Shown here one piece after another: positions 20,022-29,463 of a stretch of 64,000 nucleotides of DNA. Under the pieces are notes generated by a model that was given only the letters and a program-made list of their open reading frames with translations, did not search any database and was not told the origin of the DNA. Source of the stretch: an uncultured delta proteobacterium (GTDB lineage: Bacteria > Desulfobacterota > BSN033 > UBA1163); contig CAWHBU010000006.1 in NCBI GenBank assembly GCA_963827685.1, positions 96,001 through 160,000 on the forward strand, written 5' to 3'. The position numbers and the translations under genes were made by a program. Positions within the stretch are counted from its first letter, which is position 1, and the number at the start of each line of letters is the position of its first letter.

Positions 20022-21446
20022 ATGAAATATCAATGGGTTGTTCTTACAGTGACAACAGTCGGAATCTTGATGGCAGGAATTGACTCCAGGATTGTCATCA
20101 TTGGTCTTCCCCAAGTAGCTTCAGCATTGGGAGCTGATGTAGAACAAGCAATATGGTTCACCCAATCGTATGTGCTCGGAACGACAATAGCTCTGCTGTT
20201 AATAGGAAGAATAAGCGACATAGTAGGAAGAGTTAAGATTTATAGTTTAGGTTTTACAATTTTCACTCTTGGCTCCGCATTAACTAGCCTTTCCCGAACT
20301 CCTCTTCAATTCATTCTATTCCGAGCCATTCAAGGAATAGGAGCAGGCATGCTCTTTACGAATAGCCTTGCGATCGTTGTAGATGCAACTCCAAAGAAAG
20401 AACTCGGTTTTGCCCTGGGTGTGAATCAGACTGCATTTAGATTCGGTGCAATGGCTGGGCTGACTGTCAGCGGCTTGATCCTATCCTTTCTGGACTGGCG
20501 GGCACTGTTCTACCTGAATGTCCCAATAGGTATATTCGGAACGATATGGGCTCATCGGAGACTAAAGGAAATGGCAAAATTAGAAACAGGTGCAAAGATA
20601 GATTTGTTTGGTTTTATAGCATTTTCAATTTCATTACTTACCTTCCTGCTTGCTTTAACCTATCAAGCTTACGGATTATCAGAAGAATTTACCGTTTATT
20701 GTTTCTTCATCATCAGTGCAATAGCTGCCGTAGTGTTTATAGTAAGTGAGAGAAAGCAATTGCATCCATTACTTGATCTCCGGTTGTTTAGAATAAGAGA
20801 GTTCACCGGTGGTATCATCGCGCTAATGCTGAATGCAGTCGCTTGGGGTGCCATGTTGCTATTGATCAGCCTTTACTTCCAACTCATCCTTGATTTGAGT
20901 CCGCTTGATGCAGGGATAAGAATCATTCCGTTCGACGGTGCTTTTTTGATTTGTGGGCTTATCAGTGGAAGACTTTCTGACAAATATGGCCATCTCCCTT
21001 TCACAACATTAGGACTGGCTTTCATGAGCCTATCTCTTTATGCCTTCTCTACTCTTACCGAAACAACTTCATTTTTACATATAATTGTTTACTTGGTTAT
21101 CTTAGGGATTGGTTGCGGGGGATTCGTCTCGCCAAACATGAGTGCGATCATGAGCTCTGTACCTGCGGAAAGGAGAGGAATAGCATCAGCATTAAGGGCG
21201 ACTGCTTTCAACGTGGGTTTTGTCATAAGCCTGAATTTGGCAATCTCAATAATGACGTTCACTGTTCCGTTCTCGATTGTAACGAAAATGCTATCATCAA
21301 TTAATGGAATAGGGATATCCCAGGCGGACAAAATGCTCTTCATGAAAGGAATGAACAATACCTATCTGTGGCTCGCAGTCATCAACTCTGCTGCAATTCC
21401 GCCTTCTGTCCTTAGAGGAGGCAGAAAGCAGACAGATCAAACATGA
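20022..21446 (+). CDS. DHA2 (EmrB/QacA-like) MFS transporter
   Basis: D..IV.IGLP, GRISD..GR, FRAIQGIG, WRALFYLNVPIG, PLLDLRLF. Confidence 0.9.
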   Translation: MKYQWVVLTVTTVGILMAGIDSRIVIIGLPQVASALGADVEQAIWFTQSYVLGTTIALLLIGRISDIVGRVKIYSLGFTIFTLGSALTSLSRTPLQFILFRAIQGIGAGMLFTNSLAIVVDATPKKELGFALGVNQTAFRFGAMAGLTVSGLILSFLDWRALFYLNVPIGIFGTIWAHRRLKEMAKLETGAKIDLFGFIAFSISLLTFLLALTYQAYGLSEEFTVYCFFIISAIAAVVFIVSERKQLHPLLDLRLFRIREFTGGIIALMLNAVAWGAMLLLISLYFQLILDLSPLDAGIRIIPFDGAFLICGLISGRLSDKYGHLPFTTLGLAFMSLSLYAFSTLTETTSFLHIIVYLVILGIGCGGFVSPNMSAIMSSVPAERRGIASALRATAFNVGFVISLNLAISIMTFTVPFSIVTKMLSSINGIGISQADKMLFMKGMNNTYLWLAVINSAAIPPSVLRGGRKQTDQT

Positions 21447-21481
21447 GGAGTTCTTCAGAGGGGACGATCTGTTTGGGGTCA

Positions 21482-21660
21482 ATATTTGAGACAGCTGTTT
21501 AGGTGGGGGTAAAACACCTCCTTAACACCATTAAACACCCTTTTATAAGACGGTGGCTCTAACCCTAAAGGAAACAATGGAGGAGGCTGGAAGGGCTCTG
21601 CTGAAGATTGTCCCTGTAGAGGCTGAGGTGGTTATAGCAGACAGTTGGGCAGAGAAATAA
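21482..21660 (+). repeat. res-like site plus family-A DNA polymerase C-terminal remnant, copy 1
   Basis: Matches 28248-28425; encodes TVALTLKETMEEAGRALLKIVPVEAEVVIADSWAEK*. Confidence 0.8.
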
Positions 21661-21734
21661 CACCGGCTTCTGACACTTCGCTACTTACCTTTGATATATT
21701 ATCAGTCTATTCTTTAGCTGGCTGGCGATTACAT

Positions 21735-21790
21735 CTACAAGTCATTACTGGGGACCATATTCAAGAATCGAAGATTACAGGTTGAAAGTG
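21735..21790 (+). repeat. 56-bp repeat, inverted copy at 38959-39014
   Basis: 53/56 identity by manual alignment; weaker copy near 28493-28536. Confidence 0.85.
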
Positions 21791-21842
21791 TGTATGACGA
21801 GCAGATAGAAAAGGAATTAAGAAAAAGCGTTTTGCTCTTTCC

Positions 21843-22304
21843 TCAATTTTGTCTTCCCGAATCCTCGCGAAGATTTTCAAGAAATTTAGGAGGAATTTTG
21901 TAGCCCAAATCTTGTGCCTTTTTAATGTCCTTCCAAGATTTGTCGTATTCTTTATTTAAGTAATGGGCATTTGCTCGATTATAGTAGGCATCAGCACTCT
22001 TTGGGCCTATCTCAAGGGCCTTGGTGAAATCAAAGATCGCCCAATCAAATTGGCCTTTCTTCACATAGGCAATTCCCCGATGATAGTAGATGCCCGCATC
22101 CTTTGGGCCTATCTCAAGGGCCTTGGTGAAATCATCGACGGCCTGATCGAATTGACCTTTTTCCCCGTAGGCAATCCCACGATCGATGTAGAACTTAGCG
22201 TCCTTAGGCTTATCCTGTTTTTGTTGAGCGGAGGCATAGGAGAACAATAACAAGAGAACTATTGGCAGGATTATCCCTGTCAATTTATCCGCAGTATTTT
22301 TCAT
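21843..22304 (-). CDS. Exported TPR protein
   Basis: Signal-like N-terminus; three TPR units; 34-nt DNA duplication at 102-bp spacing. Confidence 0.85.
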   Translation of the reverse strand: MKNTADKLTGIILPIVLLLLFSYASAQQKQDKPKDAKFYIDRGIAYGEKGQFDQAVDDFTKALEIGPKDAGIYYHRGIAYVKKGQFDWAIFDFTKALEIGPKSADAYYNRANAHYLNKEYDKSWKDIKKAQDLGYKIPPKFLENLREDSGRQN

Positions 22305-22644
22305 AGTTCCAATCAAAAAGCCGAACTTATCCCAGCGTTGGCTTTTTAGGTAAGTCGTTACTGGTAACTTGTTTATCAAGAAATGTGACATTTGTCAATC
22401 AGGCAATTCAATGTGTTTAAGGTATTAACAGAGCCAATGTATTTTGCCGATTACGGTTTGAAATCTGCATCATTAGAGCAAAATGACTTCTTGCAGATTT
22501 CAGGAAAGACCATGCGGTACAATACCCCATCGACAGTCCATCGAGCAGGCGGGGGATAGGGTTTATTTTTTTGGATAGAGACCTCGAGGACTTAAATCCA
22601 CAATGACTATTCACGAGTCTAGGTGTAAACTATTTGGCTACCCG

Positions 22645-23304
22645 TCAAACTAACCAGCCTTTCTCCCTCCAATAATCATATTCCGCTGACCACTCCTCTT
22701 TGTGGATTTCGATAATTCTTCGAAAGTAGTTCCTTCGAGACAGGACTTCTTCCATTTCACGAGAAAACTCGGTCTTCTTTCTCATCGCCTGTACCAAATT
22801 TCTTCCCAACTCACTTGCTCTTTTCTTGATCTCTTCAGTGACTGGAACCACGCTCGAGACACCACCCACATATTGGGCTCCGCATACCAAGGAATAATGA
22901 TGTATGTAGTCCAAAACCATTTGCTGAGGCCCCCCTCCGGCGGTCGCCACAGCTCCTACGTATTTCCCTAACAACCTCTGACAGTGAATGAAGTGGGTTG
23001 ATCGATCAAGAAAAGTCTTCAAATAGCCCGTAATATTATCGATATAGACAGGGCTCGCAAAAATAATCCCATCACTCTCCAGCATCTTGTTCAGCAAGAG
23101 ATGAACATCGTCTTTGATCGGGCAGACCATCAAGTTCTTATGACAAGACTCGCAGTGCCGGCAGAAGTCAATTTTTAAATCGCAAAGATGCACGACCTCT
23201 GTTTGTTCTCCCTCTTTTTCCGCTCCTGAAAGAACCTCTTTGAGTAGAAGGAAAGTATTACTTCTGTTCTTGCGGGGACTGGCTGAAATACCCAACAGTT
23301 TCAT
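22645..23304 (-). CDS. Iron-sulfur flavoprotein/flavodoxin family protein
   Basis: GISASPR..SNT, C..C..C......C..KDD, FASPVY, K.FLDR. Confidence 0.88.
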   Translation of the reverse strand: MKLLGISASPRKNRSNTFLLLKEVLSGAEKEGEQTEVVHLCDLKIDFCRHCESCHKNLMVCPIKDDVHLLLNKMLESDGIIFASPVYIDNITGYLKTFLDRSTHFIHCQRLLGKYVGAVATAGGGPQQMVLDYIHHYSLVCGAQYVGGVSSVVPVTEEIKKRASELGRNLVQAMRKKTEFSREMEEVLSRRNYFRRIIEIHKEEWSAEYDYWREKGWLV

Positions 23305-23663
23305 CTTTGTCTCCTCTCTTTTCTCTGGAATCGACTTCATTTTTATAGCAAAAGTTAGCGAAATAACTTTAAATCGAAGCGTGAGTACTTGTCAATCATT
23401 GTGTCCTGCTTGACGAATCTCACAACTGGATTTTCGAGTTGGCGGGCAGGACCCATTGCTGAATGGCATCAAGAGCGTGCCTGTAATCCGTTCAATTATC
23501 CTGAATGAAACTTAATCTGGCAGATGCCGTCAAATTATCTCGTGACGAACGAGTACACCTACGAGGAGTAAACTGCGAACAACAATCCACTCCTCGGTCT
23601 ACATGAAAAATAAGTATTTGCGTCTTTCAAGATTAGTGGTTTTCAACCAACCCTTCCCAGACT

Positions 23664-24446
23664 TCAGGTTTCTATATATTTCTCAAACCGCTCCAATTGG
23701 GCCTCCAGCGATTGTATTTCCTGATAGAGTATCTCGGCATCCTGGGCCAATGCAGGATCCTTGGCCAATCGTGCTATTCGTCGGGAGATCGTTCCGATGA
23801 TTGTAATTCGGTTCCGAAACGCATCGGCGGTTTGTTTAACCATGGCTTCCTTCTTTCGGTAAGATTCAATCAATTGCTCTGATAGCTCGGCCTTACCGAC
23901 GGCTGCTCCAATTAACTCCCCCACCACCTTTAGATACTCGAAATCTTGGCCTGAGATCGGAACCCCCTCTTTACCGGAATCGACAATTAAGGCCCCTACC
24001 TTTTTCTCTAATTGGGTTAGCGTATCCACATACCAGAGTGGAATGATGGCTTTGATCTTGACCCTCTCTGCCAGGGTATGCCGGTGGCCTTCGATCTCTT
24101 TTGGATCAGTCAGGTTTAAAGGTATCCCTTTTTCAACAATCCCCCATACAATGCTTTCCTTGTGAACTGAAACTTGTTCTATCGGGCACTCATAGCTGCC
24201 CACCCAACAATGAAGCTTTAGCTTGTCACCTTCCATGAGGACGTATCGGGCCCGCTTTCCCAATCTTTGACTAACGTGATCAAGACAGGTCTTGATAAGA
24301 TGATCCCGGTTCGTACACCAGCTTACCAACCGCGCAATTTCCAGGAGATCTTGGTAACGCTTGACCAAGTCCTCTGCTTCAATTTTTGGCTTTTTAGCCC
24401 TTATTTTGGTTCCCTTTGCATTAGGTCTAACTTGATTCCGATTCAT
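23664..24446 (-). CDS. GAF-domain protein with degenerate HisKA-like tail
   Basis: KAIIPL...VGALIVD...D.EYL..VGELIG; ends with ADAFRNRIT.IG..SRRI and no ATPase domain. Confidence 0.7.
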   Translation of the reverse strand: MNRNQVRPNAKGTKIRAKKPKIEAEDLVKRYQDLLEIARLVSWCTNRDHLIKTCLDHVSQRLGKRARYVLMEGDKLKLHCWVGSYECPIEQVSVHKESIVWGIVEKGIPLNLTDPKEIEGHRHTLAERVKIKAIIPLWYVDTLTQLEKKVGALIVDSGKEGVPISGQDFEYLKVVGELIGAAVGKAELSEQLIESYRKKEAMVKQTADAFRNRITIIGTISRRIARLAKDPALAQDAEILYQEIQSLEAQLERFEKYIET

Positions 24447-24546
24447 TAGCTTTTTAGATTACTCATCTTTTTGGGTGGAAGAAGAACCCCCGGTGGGCAA
24501 TGTGATCTATGGACTCAGCCTTGGAATATTGAGAATGTGTCCTACT

Positions 24547-24795
24547 TTAACTTACAATGGTGACGCAATTTTGGCCTCCAAAAGGATTTTCAACACAGCC
24601 TGTACAACCTGGATCGTTCTGCCAATCTCCATCCACATAGAATCTATACTGGTATGTTCTGGGGGTAAGATTGAGGGAAATCTTCCACACTCCTTTCTTA
24701 TCCTTTTTCATGGGATGACTTCCTGGATTCCAATCATTGAAATCCCCTGCAATGGAGATACTCCCTGCATGGGGTGCTGAAAAATTGAAGTCCAC
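24547..24795 (-). CDS. CBM48/AMPK-type glycogen-binding domain protein (start uncertain)
   Basis: F..AP.A.S..IAGDFNDW, G.W...L.L....YQYRF.VDG.W..DP, NPFG..N. Confidence 0.8.
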   Translation of the reverse strand: MDFNFSAPHAGSISIAGDFNDWNPGSHPMKKDKKGVWKISLNLTPRTYQYRFYVDGDWQNDPGCTGCVENPFGGQNCVTIVS

Positions 24796-24869
24796 TTTTT
24801 TAGTTTTTCCTTCTTTGCTTTCTCTTTTCCCAACGTCGTTTTGATCTCTGATCCTCCCTCCACTTATTT

Positions 24870-26696
24870 CTAATGATCTTCGGCATCCTTTAATTCAACA
24901 AGAGGCAACATGATACAAAAGGTAGTCTGACCTTCCCTAGACTCCACGGACATTACCCCTTTCATGTTTTTGGTCAATCGAGTGCTGATGTAAAGCCCCC
25001 TCCCTCTGCCTTCGCCAAGAATAAATCGATCTTTTTCTTCTTCCGAGATCTGACCCGTATTATTGATCTCCACAACGCCCCATGTGTCCTTACGATAGGA
25101 CCGAATAGAAAGTTCTCCTCCTTCTTCAGGAATGGCATTGGAGGCGTTGTTAAGGAGATTATCTATCACTCTTTCAATATGCAGGGGAAAGCATCGAACC
25201 CATAAAGGAGATTCCCACTTTCCTTCTATCAATTGAATGTTCCCCCTATTCAACTCCTTGAGGGTTTCTTCATTGATTAGAAATCGCCTCTTCGATACCT
25301 CAGTTAGGTCAATGATCAATTCCTTTCCTTTCTCATGAAGAGTCAGCGCCAATTCTTGAATACGGGAAGTCTCCTTCAAAAGAATATCCAACGCCTGATC
25401 CACTTTCTCATTCTTAGGATAGGCTCCTTCCTTAAAGATCTTCTGGACCCGTTTGGCAAAGCCTGCTACGGCAATGGCAGGGTTCTTAAAATCATGAAGG
25501 ATGTCGTCCATCTTCTCCAACCTCAGTCCCTTCATCAATTCCTTCCCGAGGAAAGTAAAAATCTCAATCTGTTCATCCGTAAATCGTCGGTGCTGCGCTT
25601 GGGCATCAAAAACCAGAAAATAGTTGACCACCTCATTCACTTTTAAGGGGATGTAGAGGACCGAATGAATTTGCTGGCCCTCCAGAAAATGTTTGAGATC
25701 CATTGGAAGCAGACGACTTTCTTTAGGATTATTAATGAGAATATAGGCAGGAGAAATCTTCTCGTTTTCAAATTCACCAAAAGGTCCTGCCTGATTCACG
25801 ATGGCATCGATGTATGGCTCCTTCACAGAAAAGACTTTTCCAATCCCATGTTGTGTCTCCGGATACCCAGCCTCCAAAACGACATGCTGCCGATCTTCCA
25901 TCACAGAAAAGAGGGAACATCTCTGGATCTTCATGATGTCCACCAAATCCGGAATGACCGAGTCGAACAGATGCTTCATCTTGATCCCTTCACCCCTGGC
26001 CAATTTCTGGTAGATATGCTCCAAAATCTTGTCCTTGGTCACATTCAATTTATGAAGATAATTAATCTTCTTCAAAGCAATGACATAACCCACCCGTTTT
26101 GAAAACATCTCCGCAGTCTCGACCTCCAGCGGCGTAAACACCTTGTCTTCCTTTTTATAATAGATCTGGAGAACTCCCTCTGTATCGACTTCCTTGGAAA
26201 AACGCTGAAGGTAAATCGGGACGGCCAGCATCGAATGGATTCCAAGTTTTGCAACCTTTTCCTTATTCTTGTATCTCCCTTCTTTTAAGATATTAGGGAC
26301 CAAGTAACTTTGTCGTGTTTTGACCACCTCACCGGCGATCGTATCTTCAAAAGGAATGATCTCCTCACGATCTTCATGAAGGCCGGGGTAAGACCCATAA
26401 GAGATCATCTCCTTCTTTTCAGGATCGTATATCCGTATGCTCGAGGCCTCCGCATCCAGGTTTTCCACGACGGTCCTCGCCACAAGCTGAAGAATCTCCC
26501 TCTCCGTAAGAGAAGGATCTATGTCCAGGATCTTTTCGACCTGAGTGATCAATCGGTTTACATACCCGTAGAGCATTTCATCCTTAATTAGATCGGCTAC
26601 CTCATGCACATCTTCGAGGGAGAGGTTAATACGTTTCTCCAACAAACGAGAACTAATAGATTCAAGGCGCTTCTGGTCAATTTTCAGAGGATCCAT
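24870..26696 (-). CDS. GAF-GAF sensor histidine kinase
   Basis: Two GAF domains, HDFKNP H-box, NLLNNA N-box, GRGRGL G-box. Confidence 0.85.
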   Translation of the reverse strand: MDPLKIDQKRLESISSRLLEKRINLSLEDVHEVADLIKDEMLYGYVNRLITQVEKILDIDPSLTEREILQLVARTVVENLDAEASSIRIYDPEKKEMISYGSYPGLHEDREEIIPFEDTIAGEVVKTRQSYLVPNILKEGRYKNKEKVAKLGIHSMLAVPIYLQRFSKEVDTEGVLQIYYKKEDKVFTPLEVETAEMFSKRVGYVIALKKINYLHKLNVTKDKILEHIYQKLARGEGIKMKHLFDSVIPDLVDIMKIQRCSLFSVMEDRQHVVLEAGYPETQHGIGKVFSVKEPYIDAIVNQAGPFGEFENEKISPAYILINNPKESRLLPMDLKHFLEGQQIHSVLYIPLKVNEVVNYFLVFDAQAQHRRFTDEQIEIFTFLGKELMKGLRLEKMDDILHDFKNPAIAVAGFAKRVQKIFKEGAYPKNEKVDQALDILLKETSRIQELALTLHEKGKELIIDLTEVSKRRFLINEETLKELNRGNIQLIEGKWESPLWVRCFPLHIERVIDNLLNNASNAIPEEGGELSIRSYRKDTWGVVEINNTGQISEEEKDRFILGEGRGRGLYISTRLTKNMKGVMSVESREGQTTFCIMLPLVELKDAEDH

Positions 26697-27003
26697 AAAT
26701 TTTGTAATTAAGAATAATCCCAATCATGTCCCGTGCCGAAGCTATACCGGTTGCCAGGAAAAAGACCAGGAAGAAAGTGCTTATTGATAAAACTCTTTTC
26801 GTCTTTTCCCACCTTCTACTTTATTATGACCCATAAGAGACCGGAATTTTTTGCCTCTCTCTACGCACCTGAAAAAGGAGGCAAAAATAATCCCGAATCT
26901 TCTTCCCCAATTGGTTACAGGGGACGCTTTCCCTTTGCTAACCACACCAATTGGTTTCAAAGTCGGGAGTAGGAGCATATTCCTTCCTCAGTACCCCTTA
27001 TCT

Positions 27004-27687
27004 TTACCGGTGTCCCCCGCCACCGCCATGGCCGCCTCCTCCATAACCTCCTCCATGGCCTCCTCCGTGAGAGCCCCCAAAGCCGCCACCTCTGCCACCA
27101 CCTCCTCGGAATCCTCTGCCTCGGAATCCCCTGCCTCCAAAACCACCAAGGTAGTAATAACCACCGTAGTAGTATAGATATGGATCGTAATAGGGGTAAT
27201 AATATGGTTCAGGGTAGTAATATGGTTCATATCCCCCTTCATATCCCTCATAGACAGCAGGTGGGTACTCACCGTATTGTCTCGCTTGTTCTTTATCAGA
27301 CGCAACCGCCAACCTCCACTGATTATCAATAAGAACCTGAACCGCCATCAACGCCTCGTCTTTGTTCATCGCTAATTTGCCGGAATCCAGTGCCACACCG
27401 ATAGCATTTCGCACCTCTCCGATAATATCGGGCGTCAAGGGATAATCAGCAATCCATCCATTTTTAGGTGCAATACCTACCGAAGCCAACTTACTCTCAG
27501 CCTCTGCATCGCTCTTAACCTCTCCTATTTTCAGTGCCTCAGCCAGCTTCATTGCAAAAGAACCTTCACGTACCAAACGCTGTTCAATCGGAGGGGGTTC
27601 CGGTTTGTTCTGCTCTGACTGTGCGTTAACCATTAATGGTATCAAGACCAAAAAAACTGTAGCACCTATGAAAAGTAATTTTTTCAT
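27004..27687 (-). CDS. Exported protein with Tyr/Pro-rich and Gly-rich C-terminus
   Basis: GGAGGTGA RBS, signal peptide MKKLLFIG...VNA, low-complexity tail. Confidence 0.75.
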   Translation of the reverse strand: MKKLLFIGATVFLVLIPLMVNAQSEQNKPEPPPIEQRLVREGSFAMKLAEALKIGEVKSDAEAESKLASVGIAPKNGWIADYPLTPDIIGEVRNAIGVALDSGKLAMNKDEALMAVQVLIDNQWRLAVASDKEQARQYGEYPPAVYEGYEGGYEPYYYPEPYYYPYYDPYLYYYGGYYYLGGFGGRGFRGRGFRGGGGRGGGFGGSHGGGHGGGYGGGGHGGGGGHR

Positions 27688-27861
27688 TAGTCTCACCTCC
27701 ACTCTCTTGCTGACCATGATAAAGTCTTCTCGCACTCCAGTCTTCCTACGAAGTCTGTTAAATAAAGACCCGCTCTGCATTTTACAACCTAATCTACTGG
27801 AACTACCAGACGTTCTTTGACAATTGAATACGAATATTGATTTATTTTTTAACATTCTTCC

Positions 27862-28080
27862 CTATTCCTTAAATCTAAGGATTTCACCCGAATTTTTATC
27901 TATCGTTATTGTGATGAAAAAGATGTCGTTAAAATCTATATTCTCGCCTAAAATCTCTCTTGCCCAATTTATAACCGATTCCTGGGTTATCCTTGCAGGG
28001 TTCTTTCTCCTTTCAGGGAGTGTCCCAATATGCTGATACCCTTCTATTGCATCTCGCCAGTAAAATTCATAAGCTACCAT
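27862..28080 (-). CDS. Small hypothetical protein
   Basis: MVAYEFYW...IGTLPERRKNP.RIT.ESVINW; purine-rich RBS. Confidence 0.7.
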   Translation of the reverse strand: MVAYEFYWRDAIEGYQHIGTLPERRKNPARITQESVINWAREILGENIDFNDIFFITITIDKNSGEILRFKE

Positions 28081-28247
28081 GCCTTAACCCCCCTTTATGG
28101 ACATACAAGCCATTTGATGATAAACACCTCTTTAATTCTTTAGACGTATTGTTTAGGTCTATTATTCAAAATTCTTCGTGCAATCATTGCCTTTTTCATC
28201 GACCTTTTAAAGCGATAAATGCTTTAAATGAATAGGATTAACCGGTT

Positions 28248-28425
28248 ATATTTGAGACAGCTGTTTAGGGAGGGGATAAACACGCCTTAACACCATTAAA
28301 CACCCTTTTATAAGACGGTGGCTCTAATCCTGAAAAGAACAATGGAGGAAGCCGAAAGGAGTTTTCTGAAGATTGTCCCGGTAGAGGCTGAGGTGGTTAT
28401 AGCAGACAGTTGGGCGGAGAAATGA
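28248..28425 (+). repeat. res-like site plus family-A DNA polymerase C-terminal remnant, copy 2
   Basis: Matches 21482-21660; encodes TVALILKRTMEEAERSFLKIVPVEAEVVIADSWAEK*. Confidence 0.8.
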
Positions 28426-28760
28426 CGCTAACTCGGAAGACTGACCCTTAAAGATATTGCAGGTCAGTTATTGCTGGGATAAGGACTTCACCACAAGTCA
28501 TCACTCCCAGATAGCTCTTAGAGCTAAGGATTACGGGAGGTAATCTGCATAAAAAAAGCAGGACCATTTCTGATCCTGCCTGGGTAATAGCCTCTAATAC
28601 CCAGACTTACCGGTCGGGGTATAAGAAACATAGTATAAAGGCAAGAAGAATGTCTCCTTTGAATCTATCGGACCTTGCAACAAACAATCATTCGCTTTTT
28701 TCCATCCAATTCAGTGTTATAGAGAAAACTTCCGTAAGAGGTTGTGCAAATGAAAAGCTC

Positions 28761-28804
28761 TTGACAAAATGCGCCTAATTCGTTAATGTACCGTCCAGAC
28801 TGTA
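28761..28804 (+). promoter_or_regulatory. sigma70 promoter and putative TetR operator
   Basis: TTGACA-17-TAATGT adjoining imperfect palindrome TACCGTCCAGACTGTA (28789-28804). Confidence 0.7.
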
Positions 28805-28832
28805 AAGATACAACTCATTGAGGAGGGAGTCC

Positions 28833-29378
28833 ATGTGCCCATTATCGAGTTCCCGTGACAAGATTGTCGATGCCGCAGAGAAGGTCGTGATCGAAGCTGG
28901 TGCTGCTCACATGACCCTTGACGCTGTAGCCGAGAAAGCAAGTGTCAGCAAAGGAGGATTGCTCTACCACTTCCCTAATAAAGAGGCGCTCCTTAGAGCA
29001 ATGCTGGAAAGACGAATGCAACGTTTCAATGAAGCTCAAGAGAAAAAATGCGCAGAGCTTCAAAATGGGCCGACACGGGAAATAAAGGCCTACATCCATT
29101 CCACCCTGTGGCGCGACCGTATGACCGATCGGATCGGTGCTTCACTTCTGGCTGCTATCGCACATAACCCCAAACTTCTTGATCCTGCGCGTGAAGACTA
29201 CCGGAGACGCTTAAATAAGCTTATCCCGGCCGGACTCGGATTTGAACGAGCTGCCATTATCGTACTCGCCGTGGATGGCCTTCGGCTTCTTGAACTCCTG
29301 TCTCTATCTCCCTTTAATAAGAACCAACGGAAAAAGGTGACCGAGGAACTGCTCAGGCTTGTCGATGAAGATGTCTAA
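28833..29378 (+). CDS. TetR-family regulator
   Basis: TLDAVA.KA.VSKGGLLYHFPNKEAL. Confidence 0.93.
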   Translation: MCPLSSSRDKIVDAAEKVVIEAGAAHMTLDAVAEKASVSKGGLLYHFPNKEALLRAMLERRMQRFNEAQEKKCAELQNGPTREIKAYIHSTLWRDRMTDRIGASLLAAIAHNPKLLDPAREDYRRRLNKLIPAGLGFERAAIIVLAVDGLRLLELLSLSPFNKNQRKKVTEELLRLVDEDV

Positions 29379-29463
29379 AAACGGACGAAGGAGTTAAGTG
29401 AGGATGCATCCTATTTTTAAAATAAATTTGGAGCGGATATGCGGATATAAGGAGGGATTTTGG

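Noticed and set aside
21999-22134. 34-nt direct repeat as DGR template/variable repeat
   Set aside because: Spacing equals one TPR unit (102 bp) and there is no reverse transcriptase
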